DNA from: Escherichia coli O157:H7
Lineage (GTDB): Bacteria; Pseudomonadota; Gammaproteobacteria; Enterobacterales; Enterobacteriaceae
DNA: 64,000 nucleotides
NCBI RefSeq assembly: GCF_013167455.1
Contig: NZ_CP038328.1
Strand: one strand, 5' to 3'
The translations under genes and the position numbers were made by a program. Shown here piece after piece: positions 13,042 through 22,311 of the stretch. Positions within the stretch are counted from its first letter, which is position 1. Each line of letters starts with the position of its first letter. The notes under the pieces are model-generated. The model saw nothing but the letters and a program-made list of their open reading frames with translations. It had not been told where the DNA came from and did no database searches.

Positions 13042-14981
13042 TGCCGGAAATTGGTAACGGGCTGCTGTGCCTGGCGCTGGGAATTGCGCTGCTGCTGTCC
13101 GTGTATCCGCTATGGGGCGTGGCGCGCGGAGATGCGCGCATGATGGCGTCTTCCCGCTTGTTTGCCTGGCTGCTGTTTATGTCTGTGGCTGGCGCATTTC
13201 TGGTGCTGGTCAATGCTTTCGTGGTCAACGACTTTACCGTCACCTATGTTGCCAGCAACTCCAATACCCAGCTTCCGGTGTGGTATCGCGTGGCGGCTAC
13301 CTGGGGCGCACATGAAGGCTCACTGCTGCTGTGGGTGCTGCTGATGAGCGGCTGGACCTTTGCGGTGGCGATTTTTAGTCAGCGTATTCCGCTGGATATT
13401 GTGGCCCGCGTACTGGCGATAATGGGGATGGTCAGTGTCGGCTTTTTGCTGTTCATTCTCTTTACCTCTAACCCATTCTCACGCACGCTGCCGAACTTCC
13501 CGATTGAAGGGCGCGATCTTAACCCGCTGTTACAGGATCCGGGGCTGATCTTCCATCCGCCTCTGCTTTATATGGGGTACGTGGGTTTCTCGGTGGCGTT
13601 TGCTTTTGCCATTGCTTCTTTGCTGAGCGGGCGTCTGGACAGCACTTATGCGCGTTTTACTCGTCCGTGGACGCTGGCAGCGTGGATCTTCCTGACGCTC
13701 GGCATCGTGCTCGGTTCCGCATGGGCCTATTACGAACTCGGCTGGGGTGGCTGGTGGTTCTGGGATCCGGTAGAAAACGCCTCGTTTATGCCGTGGCTGG
13801 TGGGGACTGCGCTGATGCACTCACTGGCGGTCACTGAACAACGCGCCAGCTTCAAAGCGTGGACATTACTGCTGGCAATCAGTGCCTTCTCGTTGTGTCT
13901 GTTGGGGACTTTCCTCGTGCGTTCCGGCGTGCTGGTATCGGTACACGCGTTTGCGTCTGATCCGGCGCGCGGTATGTTTATCCTCGCCTTTATGGTGCTG
14001 GTGATTGGCGGTTCGCTGCTGCTGTTTGCCGCGCGTGGACACAAAGTTCGCTCACGCGTAAACAATGCGCTGTGGTCGCGGGAATCTTTGCTGTTAGCGA
14101 ACAACGTTTTGCTGGTCGCCGCGATGCTGGTGGTGTTGCTGGGGACGCTGCTGCCGCTGGTGCACAAGCAACTGGGACTGGGCAGTATTTCGATTGGCGA
14201 ACCGTTCTTCAACACCATGTTTACCTGGCTGATGGTGCCGTTTGCGCTACTGCTGGGTGTCGGTCCTCTGGTGCGCTGGGGGCGCGATCGCCCACGTAAA
14301 ATCCGCAATTTATTGATTATCGCCTTCATCTCTACGCTGGTGCTGTCTCTGCTGTTGCCGTGGCTGTTCGAAAGCAAAGTTGTGGCGATGACGGTGCTCG
14401 GCCTGGCAATGGCCTGCTGGATTGCGGTGCTGGCAATTGCGGAAGCTGCGCTACGTATTTCACGCGGCACGAAAACCACCTTCAGTTATTGGGGGATGGT
14501 GGCGGCTCACCTGGGGCTGGCAGTGACAATTGTTGGCATTGCCTTTAGCCAGAACTATAGCGTTGAGCGTGATGTGCGCATGAAGTCCGGCGATAGCGTC
14601 GATATTCATGAATATCGCTTCACCTTCCGTGATGTCAAAGAGGTGACTGGCCCGAACTGGCGTGGCGGTGTGGCGACTATCGGCGTAACGCGAGAGGGTA
14701 AACCGGAAACGGTGCTGTATGCGGAAAAACGTTATTACAACACTGCCGGGTCGATGATGACCGAAGCGGCAATTGACGGCGGCATCACGCGTGACCTGTA
14801 CGCCGCGCTCGGTGAAGAGCTGGAAAACGGCGCGTGGGCTGTGCGTCTTTACTACAAACCATTTGTTCGCTGGATTTGGGCGGGCGGGCTGATGATGGCG
14901 TTGGGCGGACTGCTGTGTCTGTTTGATCCTCGCTATCGTAAGCGCGTGAGCCCGCAAAAAACTGCGCCGGAGGCTGTATGA
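13038..14981 (+). CDS. ccmF: Cytochrome c-type biogenesis protein CcmF
   Basis: 647-aa polytopic membrane protein; W-rich motif. Confidence 0.9.
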
Positions 14982-15535
14982 AGCGCAAAGTATTGTTAAT
15001 TCCGTTGATTATCTTCCTGGCGATTGCCGCGGCGCTGCTGTGGCAGCTGGCGCGTAATGCCGAAGGGGATGATCCGACCAATCTGGAATCGGCGCTCATT
15101 GGCAAGCCTGTGCCGAAGTTTCGTCTCGAATCACTGGACAATCCGGGGCAGTTTTATCAGGCGGATGTGCTGACTCAGGGCAAACCAGTGCTGCTTAACG
15201 TCTGGGCGACCTGGTGTCCGACCTGCCGTGCGGAACATCAATATCTGAATCAGCTTTCTGCGCAGGGCATCCGCGTGGTCGGCATGAACTATAAAGACGA
15301 TCGCCAGAAGGCAATCAGCTGGCTGAAAGAGCTGGGCAATCCTTACGCGCTAAGCCTTTTTGATGGCGATGGCATGTTAGGGCTGGATCTCGGTGTCTAT
15401 GGCGCGCCAGAAACGTTTCTTATTGACGGCAACGGCATCATTCGCTATCGCCATGCGGGCGATCTCAATCCTCGCGTCTGGGAAGAAGAGATCAAGCCGC
15501 TGTGGGAGAAATACAGTAAGGAGGCCGCACAATGA
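14978..15535 (+). CDS. ccmG: Thiol:disulfide interchange protein CcmG/DsbE
   Basis: 185-aa ORF; thioredoxin WCPTC motif. Confidence 0.9.
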   Translation: MKRKVLLIPLIIFLAIAAALLWQLARNAEGDDPTNLESALIGKPVPKFRLESLDNPGQFYQADVLTQGKPVLLNVWATWCPTCRAEHQYLNQLSAQGIRVVGMNYKDDRQKAISWLKELGNPYALSLFDGDGMLGLDLGVYGAPETFLIDGNGIIRYRHAGDLNPRVWEEEIKPLWEKYSKEAAQ

Positions 15536-16584
15536 GGTTTTTATTGGGCGTGCTGATGCTGATGATCTCCGGCTCAGCGCTGGCGACCATCGACGTGTTG
15601 CAGTTTAAAGATGAAGCACAGGAACAACAGTTCCGTCAGCTCACTGAAGAACTGCGCTGCCCGAAATGCCAGAATAACAGCATTGCCGATTCCAACTCGA
15701 TGATTGCCACCGACCTGCGCCAGAAAGTGTATGAACTGATGCAGGAAGGCAAAAGTAAGAAAGAGATTGTCGATTATATGGTGGCGCGTTACGGCAACTT
15801 CGTCACTTACGATCCGCCGTTAACGCCGCTGACCGTGCTGCTGTGGGTGCTTCCGGTAGTGGCTATTGGTATTGGCGGTTGGGTCATATACGCCCGTTCG
15901 CGGCGTCGGGTACGCGTGGTACCGGAAGCGTTTCCTGAACAAAGCGTGCCGGAAGGTAAGCGTGCCGGATATGTTGTTTATCTGCCGGGTATTGTGGTGG
16001 CGTTAATTGTGGCTGGCGTCAGCTACTACCAGACTGGCAATTATCAGCAGGTGAAAATCTGGCAGCAGGCCACGGCACAGGCTCCGGCGTTGCTGGACAG
16101 GGCGCTGGATCCGAAAGCCGATCCGCTCAACGAAGAAGAGATGTCGCGCCTTGCGCTGGGGATGCGTACTCAACTGCAAAAAAATCCGGGAGATATAGAA
16201 GGTTGGATTATGTTGGGTCGCGTTGGCATGGCGCTGGGTAACGCCAGTATCGCCACCGATGCATACGCTACTGCGTATCGCCTCGATCCGAAAAACAGCG
16301 ATGCCACACTGGGTTATGCTGAAGCGTTGACACGTTCATCTGATCCCAACGACAACCGCCTCGGCGGCGAACTGCTGCGCCAGTTGGTGAGAACGGACCA
16401 TAGCAATATTCGTGTGTTAAGCATGTATGCGTTTAATGCCTTTGAGCAGCAGCGATTTGGCGAAGCCGTTGCCGCGTGGGAGATGATGTTGAAACTCTTA
16501 CCTGCCAACGATACTCGCCGTGCGGTGATTGAACGTAGTATCGCGCAGGCGATGCAACATTTGTCGCCGCAGGAGAGTAAATAA
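15532..16584 (+). CDS. ccmH: Cytochrome c maturation protein CcmH
   Basis: 350-aa ORF; CPKC motif; TPR-like C-terminal half. Confidence 0.9.
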   Translation: MRFLLGVLMLMISGSALATIDVLQFKDEAQEQQFRQLTEELRCPKCQNNSIADSNSMIATDLRQKVYELMQEGKSKKEIVDYMVARYGNFVTYDPPLTPLTVLLWVLPVVAIGIGGWVIYARSRRRVRVVPEAFPEQSVPEGKRAGYVVYLPGIVVALIVAGVSYYQTGNYQQVKIWQQATAQAPALLDRALDPKADPLNEEEMSRLALGMRTQLQKNPGDIEGWIMLGRVGMALGNASIATDAYATAYRLDPKNSDATLGYAEALTRSSDPNDNRLGGELLRQLVRTDHSNIRVLSMYAFNAFEQQRFGEAVAAWEMMLKLLPANDTRRAVIERSIAQAMQHLSPQESK

Positions 16585-16589
16585 AAAGA

Positions 16590-16620
16590 GGCCCGATGGT
16601 GATGCCATCGGGCTATTTTT
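16590..16620. terminator. Bidirectional intrinsic terminator between convergent ccmH and narP
   Basis: Hairpin GCCCGATGG-tgatg-CCATCGGGC followed by TATTTTTA. Confidence 0.7.
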
Positions 16621-17266
16621 ATTGTGCCCCGCGTTGTTGCAGGAACAGAATGGTGGCTGCCACGCGTGAGCGGACATTGAGTTTGCGCAGTAGATTGCGA
16701 ATATGTACTTTTACTGTCTGCTCGGAAATATTCAACACCGAGGCAATCTGTTTATTTGACAGCCCCTGTGCCAGCTCGTGCAGAACATCCAGCTCGCGCT
16801 CCGTCAGCACGCTGAAGGGATCTTCTTCCGCGCCAAACATTTCACGTTCATGTAAGTACTGATTGACGCGTTCGCTAAAGACTTTGCTGCCTTTCGCTCC
16901 GGCACGAATCGCTTCCAGCAACACTTCCGGGTCGCTGTCTTTCAACAGATAACCGTCTGCGCCTGCGTCTATCAGTGCAAAGACATCGCTGGAGGCATCT
17001 GATACGGTCAGGATAATAATTTGCGCGGTAACGCCATCCCTGCGCAAGGCATTGAGGGTATCCAGGCCACTCATACCTTTCATATTGAGATCCAGCAAGA
17101 TCACGTCGATATCCAGTCTATTCGCCAGATCGATAGCACTCGCGCCGTCGCCCGCTTCGGCGACCACTTCAAAGCCAGGATCAAGCTCCAGTAACTGACG
17201 AACACCGCGTCGCATAAGTGGATGATCATCCACAATCATCACCTGAAAAGGCGTTGCTTCAGGCAT
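16619..17266 (-). CDS. narP: Nitrate/nitrite response regulator NarP
   Basis: Starts MPEATPFQVMIVDDHP; receiver domain plus LuxR-type HTH. Confidence 0.9.
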   Translation of the reverse strand: MPEATPFQVMIVDDHPLMRRGVRQLLELDPGFEVVAEAGDGASAIDLANRLDIDVILLDLNMKGMSGLDTLNALRRDGVTAQIIILTVSDASSDVFALIDAGADGYLLKDSDPEVLLEAIRAGAKGSKVFSERVNQYLHEREMFGAEEDPFSVLTERELDVLHELAQGLSNKQIASVLNISEQTVKVHIRNLLRKLNVRSRVAATILFLQQRGAQ

Positions 17267-17585
17267 AGTAGTCTCCTGAGGTTTTATTAGAATCATTATG
17301 TTTGAGCGTAGCGTTGGTAACGCTACCAGGCGCGTGAATGTTACCCCATTTTATGTATGGACATGTAGCGAAAACTACAACCTTGTCGTTCGCTTTGGCA
17401 TCATTTTCATTATAAAGACGGAATTTTGCATCAGCTTCTCATCAAGAAAAACAACTAAAAAATCAATCACAATACTTGTGCATTTCTTTAAACAGTTTTT
17501 AAAAACTGACTCCGGGTATGGAGCTATGGGTATTTTCTGTACCCAATGCTTTTAACTGCAATTAATTTCATAGGATGAAAGCTCA

Positions 17586-20177
17586 ATGCATCAATCTGGT
17601 TCTGTTTCTCTTTGTCGTTCCGCAATATCTGTTCTGGTAGCTACAGCGTTATATTCACCCATAGCATTGGCATCAACAGTTGAGTATGGTGAGACAGTTG
17701 ATGGTGTTGTCCTGGAAAAAGATATCCAGCTGGTTTATGGGACCGCCAATAATACGAAAATCAATCCTGGCGGAGAACAGCATATTAAAGAATTTGGTAT
17801 AAGTAGTAATACTGAAATTAACGGCGGGTATCAGTACATTGAAATGAATGGCACCGCAGAATACTCAGTATTAAATGATGGTTATCAAATTGTTCAAATG
17901 GGTGGCGCGGCAAACCAGACTACGCTCAATAATGGTGTGCTACAGGTTTATGGCGCAGCGAATGATCCCACGATTAAAGGCGGGCGCTTAATCGTTGAAA
18001 AAGATGGGATTACCGTCCTTGCCGCTATCGAAAAGGGAGGATTACTGGAGGTTAAAGAGGGGGGATTAGCGATTGCGGTAGATCAGAAAGCAGGCGGTGC
18101 TATTAAAGCAAGCACGCGGGTCATGGAGGTATTCGGAACAAACCGTCTCGGTCAGTTCGAAATCAAGAATGGTATTGCTAACAATATGCTGTTGGAAAAC
18201 GGCGGAAGTTTGCGAGTTGAAGAAAATGACTTCGCTTATAATACTACTGTAGATAGTGGCGGCTTACTGGAGGTTATGGATGGCGGGACTGCAACTGGCG
18301 TTGATAAAAAAGCAGGCGGAAAATTAATTGTCTCAACGAATGCGCTGGAAGTGAGTGGTACAAACAGTAAAGGCCAATTTAGTATAAAAGATGGTGTGTC
18401 AAAAAATTATGAACTGGATGATGGTTCCGGGCTTATTGTTATGGAGGACACGCAGGCCATTGACACTATCCTCGATGAGCATGCCACTATGCAATCGCTG
18501 GGAAAGGATACTGGTACGAGAGTGCAGGCAAATGCGGTATATGATCTCGGTCGATCAGATCAGAATGGAAGTATAACGTATTCCTCTAAAGCCATCTCTG
18601 AAAATATGGTTATCAACAATGGCCGCGCTAACGTCTGGGCTGGCACAATGGTTAACGTGTCAGTCAGAGGAAATGATGGCATTCTTGAGGTTATGAAGCC
18701 GCAAATAAATTATGCACCCGCAATGTTGGTGGGTAAGGTAGTGGTTTCTGAGGGCGCTTCTTTAAGAACGCATGGTGCCGTGGATACCAGCAAAGCGGAT
18801 GTTTCGCTCGAAAATAGCGCATGGACCATCATTGCCGATATCACTACGACGAACCAAAACACCCGCCTTAACTTAGCCAACCTTGCGATGTCTGGCGCAA
18901 ATGTGATTATGATGGATGAGTCAGTGACTCGTTCATCTGTGACGGCAAGTGCGGAAAATTTCACTACGTTGACCACCAATACCCTGTCGGGAAACGGCAA
19001 TTTTTATATGCGTACCGATATGGCGAATCATCAGAGCGATCAGCTCAACGTCACCGGTCAGGCAACAGGTGATTTCAAAATATTCGTGACGGACACCGGT
19101 GCCAGCCCGGCAGCAGGAGATAGCCTTACACTGGTAACAACGGGCGGCGGTGATGCTGCATTTACGTTGGGCAATGCCGGAGGCGTTGTTGATATCGGTA
19201 CGTATGAATATACCTTGCTGGATAATGGTAACCATAGCTGGAGTCTGGCAGAGAATCGCGCGCAAATTACCCCTTCAACCACTGATGTGCTGAATATGGC
19301 GGCCGCACAACCGCTGGTATTTGATGCAGAACTGGACACCGTGCGTGAGCGTCTTGGTAGCGTAAAAGGCGTTAGTTACGATACGGCGATGTGGAGTTCG
19401 GCAATTAACACCCGCAACAACGTGACCACTGATGCGGGAGCTGGTTTTGAGCAAACATTGACGGGCCTGACGCTCGGTATCGATAGCCGTTTCTCCCGTG
19501 AAGAAAGCAGCACAATTCGCGGCTTGTTCTTTGGTTACTCTCATTCTGATATTGGTTTTGATCGCGGCGGCAAAGGCAATGTCGATAGCTATACCCTGGG
19601 GGCTTATGCCGGTTGGGAGCATCAGAACGGTGCCTATGTTGATGGAGTGGTGAAAGTTGACCGTTTTGCCAACACCATCCATGGCAAGATGAGTAATGGG
19701 GCAACAGCGTTTGGCGATTACAATAGTAACGGCGCGGGTGCTCATGTCGAGAGCGGGTTCCGTTGGGTTGACGGATTGTGGAGTGTTAGACCCTATCTGG
19801 CCTTTACCGGCTTTACCACAGATGGTCAGGACTACACGTTATCAAACGGCATGCGCGCGGATGTGGGAAATACCCGGATATTACGCGCTGAAGCGGGAAC
19901 GGCGGTAAGCTATCACATGGACCTGCAAAACGGTACGACGCTGGAACCCTGGCTGAAAGCCGCCGTGCGTCAGGAATACGCCGATTCTAACCAGGTGAAA
20001 GTTAATGACGATGGCAAATTTAATAATGATGTGGCTGGAACCCGTGGCGTTTATCAGGCTGGGATAAGGTCATCGTTTACCCCGACGTTAAGCGGTCATT
20101 TGTCAGTCAGCTATGGCAATGGCGCAGGGGTAGAATCGCCGTGGAATACCCAGGCGGGTGTGGTCTGGACGTTCTGA
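17586..20177 (+). CDS. yejO: Autotransporter adhesin-like protein YejO (intact)
   Basis: 863-aa ORF; signal peptide, repetitive beta-helix-like passenger, C-terminal beta-barrel ending in WTF. Confidence 0.8.
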   Translation: MHQSGSVSLCRSAISVLVATALYSPIALASTVEYGETVDGVVLEKDIQLVYGTANNTKINPGGEQHIKEFGISSNTEINGGYQYIEMNGTAEYSVLNDGYQIVQMGGAANQTTLNNGVLQVYGAANDPTIKGGRLIVEKDGITVLAAIEKGGLLEVKEGGLAIAVDQKAGGAIKASTRVMEVFGTNRLGQFEIKNGIANNMLLENGGSLRVEENDFAYNTTVDSGGLLEVMDGGTATGVDKKAGGKLIVSTNALEVSGTNSKGQFSIKDGVSKNYELDDGSGLIVMEDTQAIDTILDEHATMQSLGKDTGTRVQANAVYDLGRSDQNGSITYSSKAISENMVINNGRANVWAGTMVNVSVRGNDGILEVMKPQINYAPAMLVGKVVVSEGASLRTHGAVDTSKADVSLENSAWTIIADITTTNQNTRLNLANLAMSGANVIMMDESVTRSSVTASAENFTTLTTNTLSGNGNFYMRTDMANHQSDQLNVTGQATGDFKIFVTDTGASPAAGDSLTLVTTGGGDAAFTLGNAGGVVDIGTYEYTLLDNGNHSWSLAENRAQITPSTTDVLNMAAAQPLVFDAELDTVRERLGSVKGVSYDTAMWSSAINTRNNVTTDAGAGFEQTLTGLTLGIDSRFSREESSTIRGLFFGYSHSDIGFDRGGKGNVDSYTLGAYAGWEHQNGAYVDGVVKVDRFANTIHGKMSNGATAFGDYNSNGAGAHVESGFRWVDGLWSVRPYLAFTGFTTDGQDYTLSNGMRADVGNTRILRAEAGTAVSYHMDLQNGTTLEPWLKAAVRQEYADSNQVKVNDDGKFNNDVAGTRGVYQAGIRSSFTPTLSGHLSVSYGNGAGVESPWNTQAGVVWTF

Positions 20178-20237
20178 TAACAGACAATAAACAGGCCCTG
20201 ATGTGTCGCGGTCTGTTTATCGAATTAAATGCAGATA

Positions 20238-20270
20238 TAAAAAAACCAACCTTTACGGTTGGTTTTTTTG
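20238..20270 (+). terminator. Intrinsic terminator after yejO
   Basis: aaaaaACCAACC-ttta-CGGTTGGttttttt. Confidence 0.7.
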
Positions 20271-20275
20271 GGATT

Positions 20276-20292
20276 TTTGGTCGGCACGAGAG
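20276..20292. repeat. attL: 17-bp direct repeat TTTGGTCGGCACGAGAG, a copy of the tRNA-Pro 3' end
   Basis: Identical 17-mer at 29850-29866 overlapping the tRNA-Pro 3' end. Confidence 0.85.
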
Positions 20293-20353
20293 TAGTTTAA
20301 TTGAGTATGTAACTACATGATTTTAAATAATATGCTTGATTCAACTTTTAAAC

Positions 20354-20377
20354 CGTATAACTAAACGTATAACTAAA
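20354..20377 (+). repeat. Two tandem CGTATAACTAAA motifs at left end (candidate integrase arm-type sites)
   Basis: Same 12-mer present four times near the right end (29665-29720). Confidence 0.5.
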
Positions 20378-20559
20378 ATCATTTGCTGAAAAAGTGTACA
20401 ATTTAAATGCGAGTTTTCCTGTGGTAAAAGCTCCAACCGTAACGATGTTCGTTATGGTTGCCTTGATGGTCTGCGTGGTCATTATGACCATTCAGGATTT
20501 GAAGGGTGACGCTTCCGACTTCCTCAAATTGAGGTTTCCGAAAATATCAGCGGGTTAGG

Positions 20560-20860
20560 CCAGAGTGCAAATTTGCACTCTGGAACAATTCCAACCAGTA
20601 ATCAGCGCAATTTTGCGCTTTGCTTTAAGTTCAGCGAGTAACCGAAGGCGGAATTACGCCCTCGGTACTCACATATGAGAAACGATATTTCTTCCACCGA
20701 TACCCTTTATTTGGGTATCGCGAGTAAGCCCCAAAATCTGGGTGTTACTCTTACTACCCAAACTACGGGTATTTTCCGTAATTTCATGGTCGAGTTGCAG
20801 ATCTGCAACTCACCCACCAGCCAACGCAATTTTGCGCTTTGCTTTAAGTTCAACCAGTTA
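20560..20860. other. Hairpin-dense non-coding left arm of island with duplicated composite element
   Basis: Perfect 24-bp palindrome CCAGAGTGCAAATTTGCACTCTGG (20561-20584); GAGTTGCAGATCTGCAACTC (20791-20810); near-identical direct repeats containing GCGCAATTTTGCGCTTTGCTTTAAGTTCA (20605-20633 and 20826-20853); further hairpins at 20641-20666 and 20698-20718; no ORF with RBS. Confidence 0.6.
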
Positions 20861-21139
20861 CCGCCGTAACCGCTCCGGCTTCTTCCAGTGGTACGTAATT
20901 TTTGCTTTTTCCCTGTACGTCTGCACGCGGCGACGGTAGGCCAGCATTTCAAGAACGCGGATCCGTATGTTGCGCATATCAACGCCATTAAGTTCTATAC
21001 CATCACGGCGCATCACCTCAGCAACCACACGCGCGTAATTTTCGGCGGTCACGCTGTACGGCTGCGCGGTTTTTTCGTCAGCCTGCTGGCTGATTCCGGC
21101 GACGCGGCGGATTAATCCCAGTATTTCGGCTTCTGTCAT
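20858..21139 (-). CDS. Hypothetical 93-aa protein, last gene of island packaging/capsid operon
   Basis: ORF with RBS AGGTGGAG 41 nt downstream of the capsid-like gene stop; no recognisable motif. Confidence 0.5.
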   Translation of the reverse strand: MTEAEILGLIRRVAGISQQADEKTAQPYSVTAENYARVVAEVMRRDGIELNGVDMRNIRIRVLEMLAYRRRVQTYREKAKITYHWKKPERLRR

Positions 21140-21180
21140 TTCTCCACCTGGTCAGCTATTAAACTGCGAAAATTTCGTAA

Positions 21181-22149
21181 TTATCCCGATACGGGGATCA
21201 CCATATCGGGATTGATGCCGGAAAAATCAGCTTTCGCCAGAACGGTGACGGCCTTATCGAGTTTTTGCCATCCGCAATAGGTGATTGCCCTGAACGCTGT
21301 AGCGTCATTCTGGAAAAGGCTAACCGCCCCTGATTCGGTTTTTATTACCGCCTCATCAGTTGGGGTTATAACCGTGGCTTCAACGTTAATAATCAGCTTT
21401 TGAGCGTCTATCAGCATCATGCGATCCGCCTGTTCGCTCACAATTACCGGTATTCTCAAAAGCTCTATCTGCCAGAACTCAGCATCAGTAAGCTGTAATG
21501 CGTTTTCTACGGGCAAGATTAGCGACGACGTGGAAAGCGTGTTACCGTTCGCTATGTGCTTTTTGAAAAGCTCTATGAAGTTTTCGGCCTCATCAGCACC
21601 ATTAAGCACGCCCTCAGGGGATACGCCAGCCACCTCCTGATCACTGGAAAGAAATTTTTTATCTATTTCTTTCACCGATTCCGATGTGATCAAGTCTCTG
21701 ATCGCTGAATTGGTGCCAGGGGTGCTAAATTTGATTAGCTCGTTATTCAGCATCACAATAGCGCCAAGTTTGCACAGTTTTAGCGCGCTTTCGTTTACTT
21801 CTCCCTCTTTGACAGGGATTTCTTCTGCTTCTTTAAGCCATTTACTACCCTTGCCTGATATTGACTGCAATTTTGCGCCAAACGGAAGATTAAGCGCGCT
21901 GCTGATTAGCTTGCCTGGTACAGACTGCGAAAAAATATATTCTCCAAGCTCTCTTACTATCGGCTCTGCCACCAGCGACGGCATATTATCCGTAGTCATT
22001 CCGGCAATAATGGATTTTTCAAGAAATTTCGATACTGCCGGATCATTTCTTTTCGTCATCTCTATAGCGTCTGCATGGCTGAATTTACACGATGTAAGCA
22101 CGCTGGCGGCGCGAACTGCCGAAACGCCTTTCATGTTTTTAGAAATCAT
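21181..22149 (-). CDS. Putative HK97-fold major capsid protein-like
   Basis: ~322 aa; segments GKGSKWLKEAEEIPVKEGEVNESALKLCKLGAIVMLNNELIKFS and EGVLNGADEAENF resemble conserved Phage_capsid (HK97 family) motifs from memory; start taken at second ATG (9 nt after GGAGG). Confidence 0.5.
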   Translation of the reverse strand: MISKNMKGVSAVRAASVLTSCKFSHADAIEMTKRNDPAVSKFLEKSIIAGMTTDNMPSLVAEPIVRELGEYIFSQSVPGKLISSALNLPFGAKLQSISGKGSKWLKEAEEIPVKEGEVNESALKLCKLGAIVMLNNELIKFSTPGTNSAIRDLITSESVKEIDKKFLSSDQEVAGVSPEGVLNGADEAENFIELFKKHIANGNTLSTSSLILPVENALQLTDAEFWQIELLRIPVIVSEQADRMMLIDAQKLIINVEATVITPTDEAVIKTESGAVSLFQNDATAFRAITYCGWQKLDKAVTVLAKADFSGINPDMVIPVSG

Positions 22150-22300
22150 CTTCTTCATCCTCCTGGAAGCACGGGTTTAGTGTTTCGTGAAAATATGGCA
22201 TCAGAACAGCGGCGGCCTGTAACCGTATTTCGGTCGGCTGCTGCTTGTCGTTCATGATTTCCGTGAGTACATCAATAGGGTCTGTGATGTATTCGCTCAT
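22139..22300 (-). CDS. Small acidic protein (53 aa) between terS-like and capsid-like genes; below ORF-track threshold
   Basis: ATG with GAGGT RBS 11 nt after terS stop; MSEYITDPIDVLTEIMNDKQQ...EDEEDDF; overlaps capsid-like gene start. Confidence 0.4.
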   Translation of the reverse strand: MSEYITDPIDVLTEIMNDKQQPTEIRLQAAAVLMPYFHETLNPCFQEDEEDDF

Positions 22301-22311
22301 AGTTCGCTACC

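Noticed and set aside
13730-14479. 249-aa minus-strand ORF inside ccmF
   Set aside because: Antisense shadow ORF; ccmF reading frame is continuous.
17298-17555. 85-aa plus-strand ORF in the AT-rich region upstream of yejO
   Set aside because: AT-rich promoter region; low-complexity translation; no RBS.
20276-20292. Second tRNA gene at the left island boundary
   Set aside because: Only a 17-nt copy of the tRNA-Pro 3' end is present (the att core), not a complete tRNA.
20675-20869. 64-aa plus-strand ORF in the island left arm
   Set aside because: No Shine-Dalgarno sequence; it spans palindromes and direct repeats, so the region is more plausibly structured non-coding DNA or RNA.
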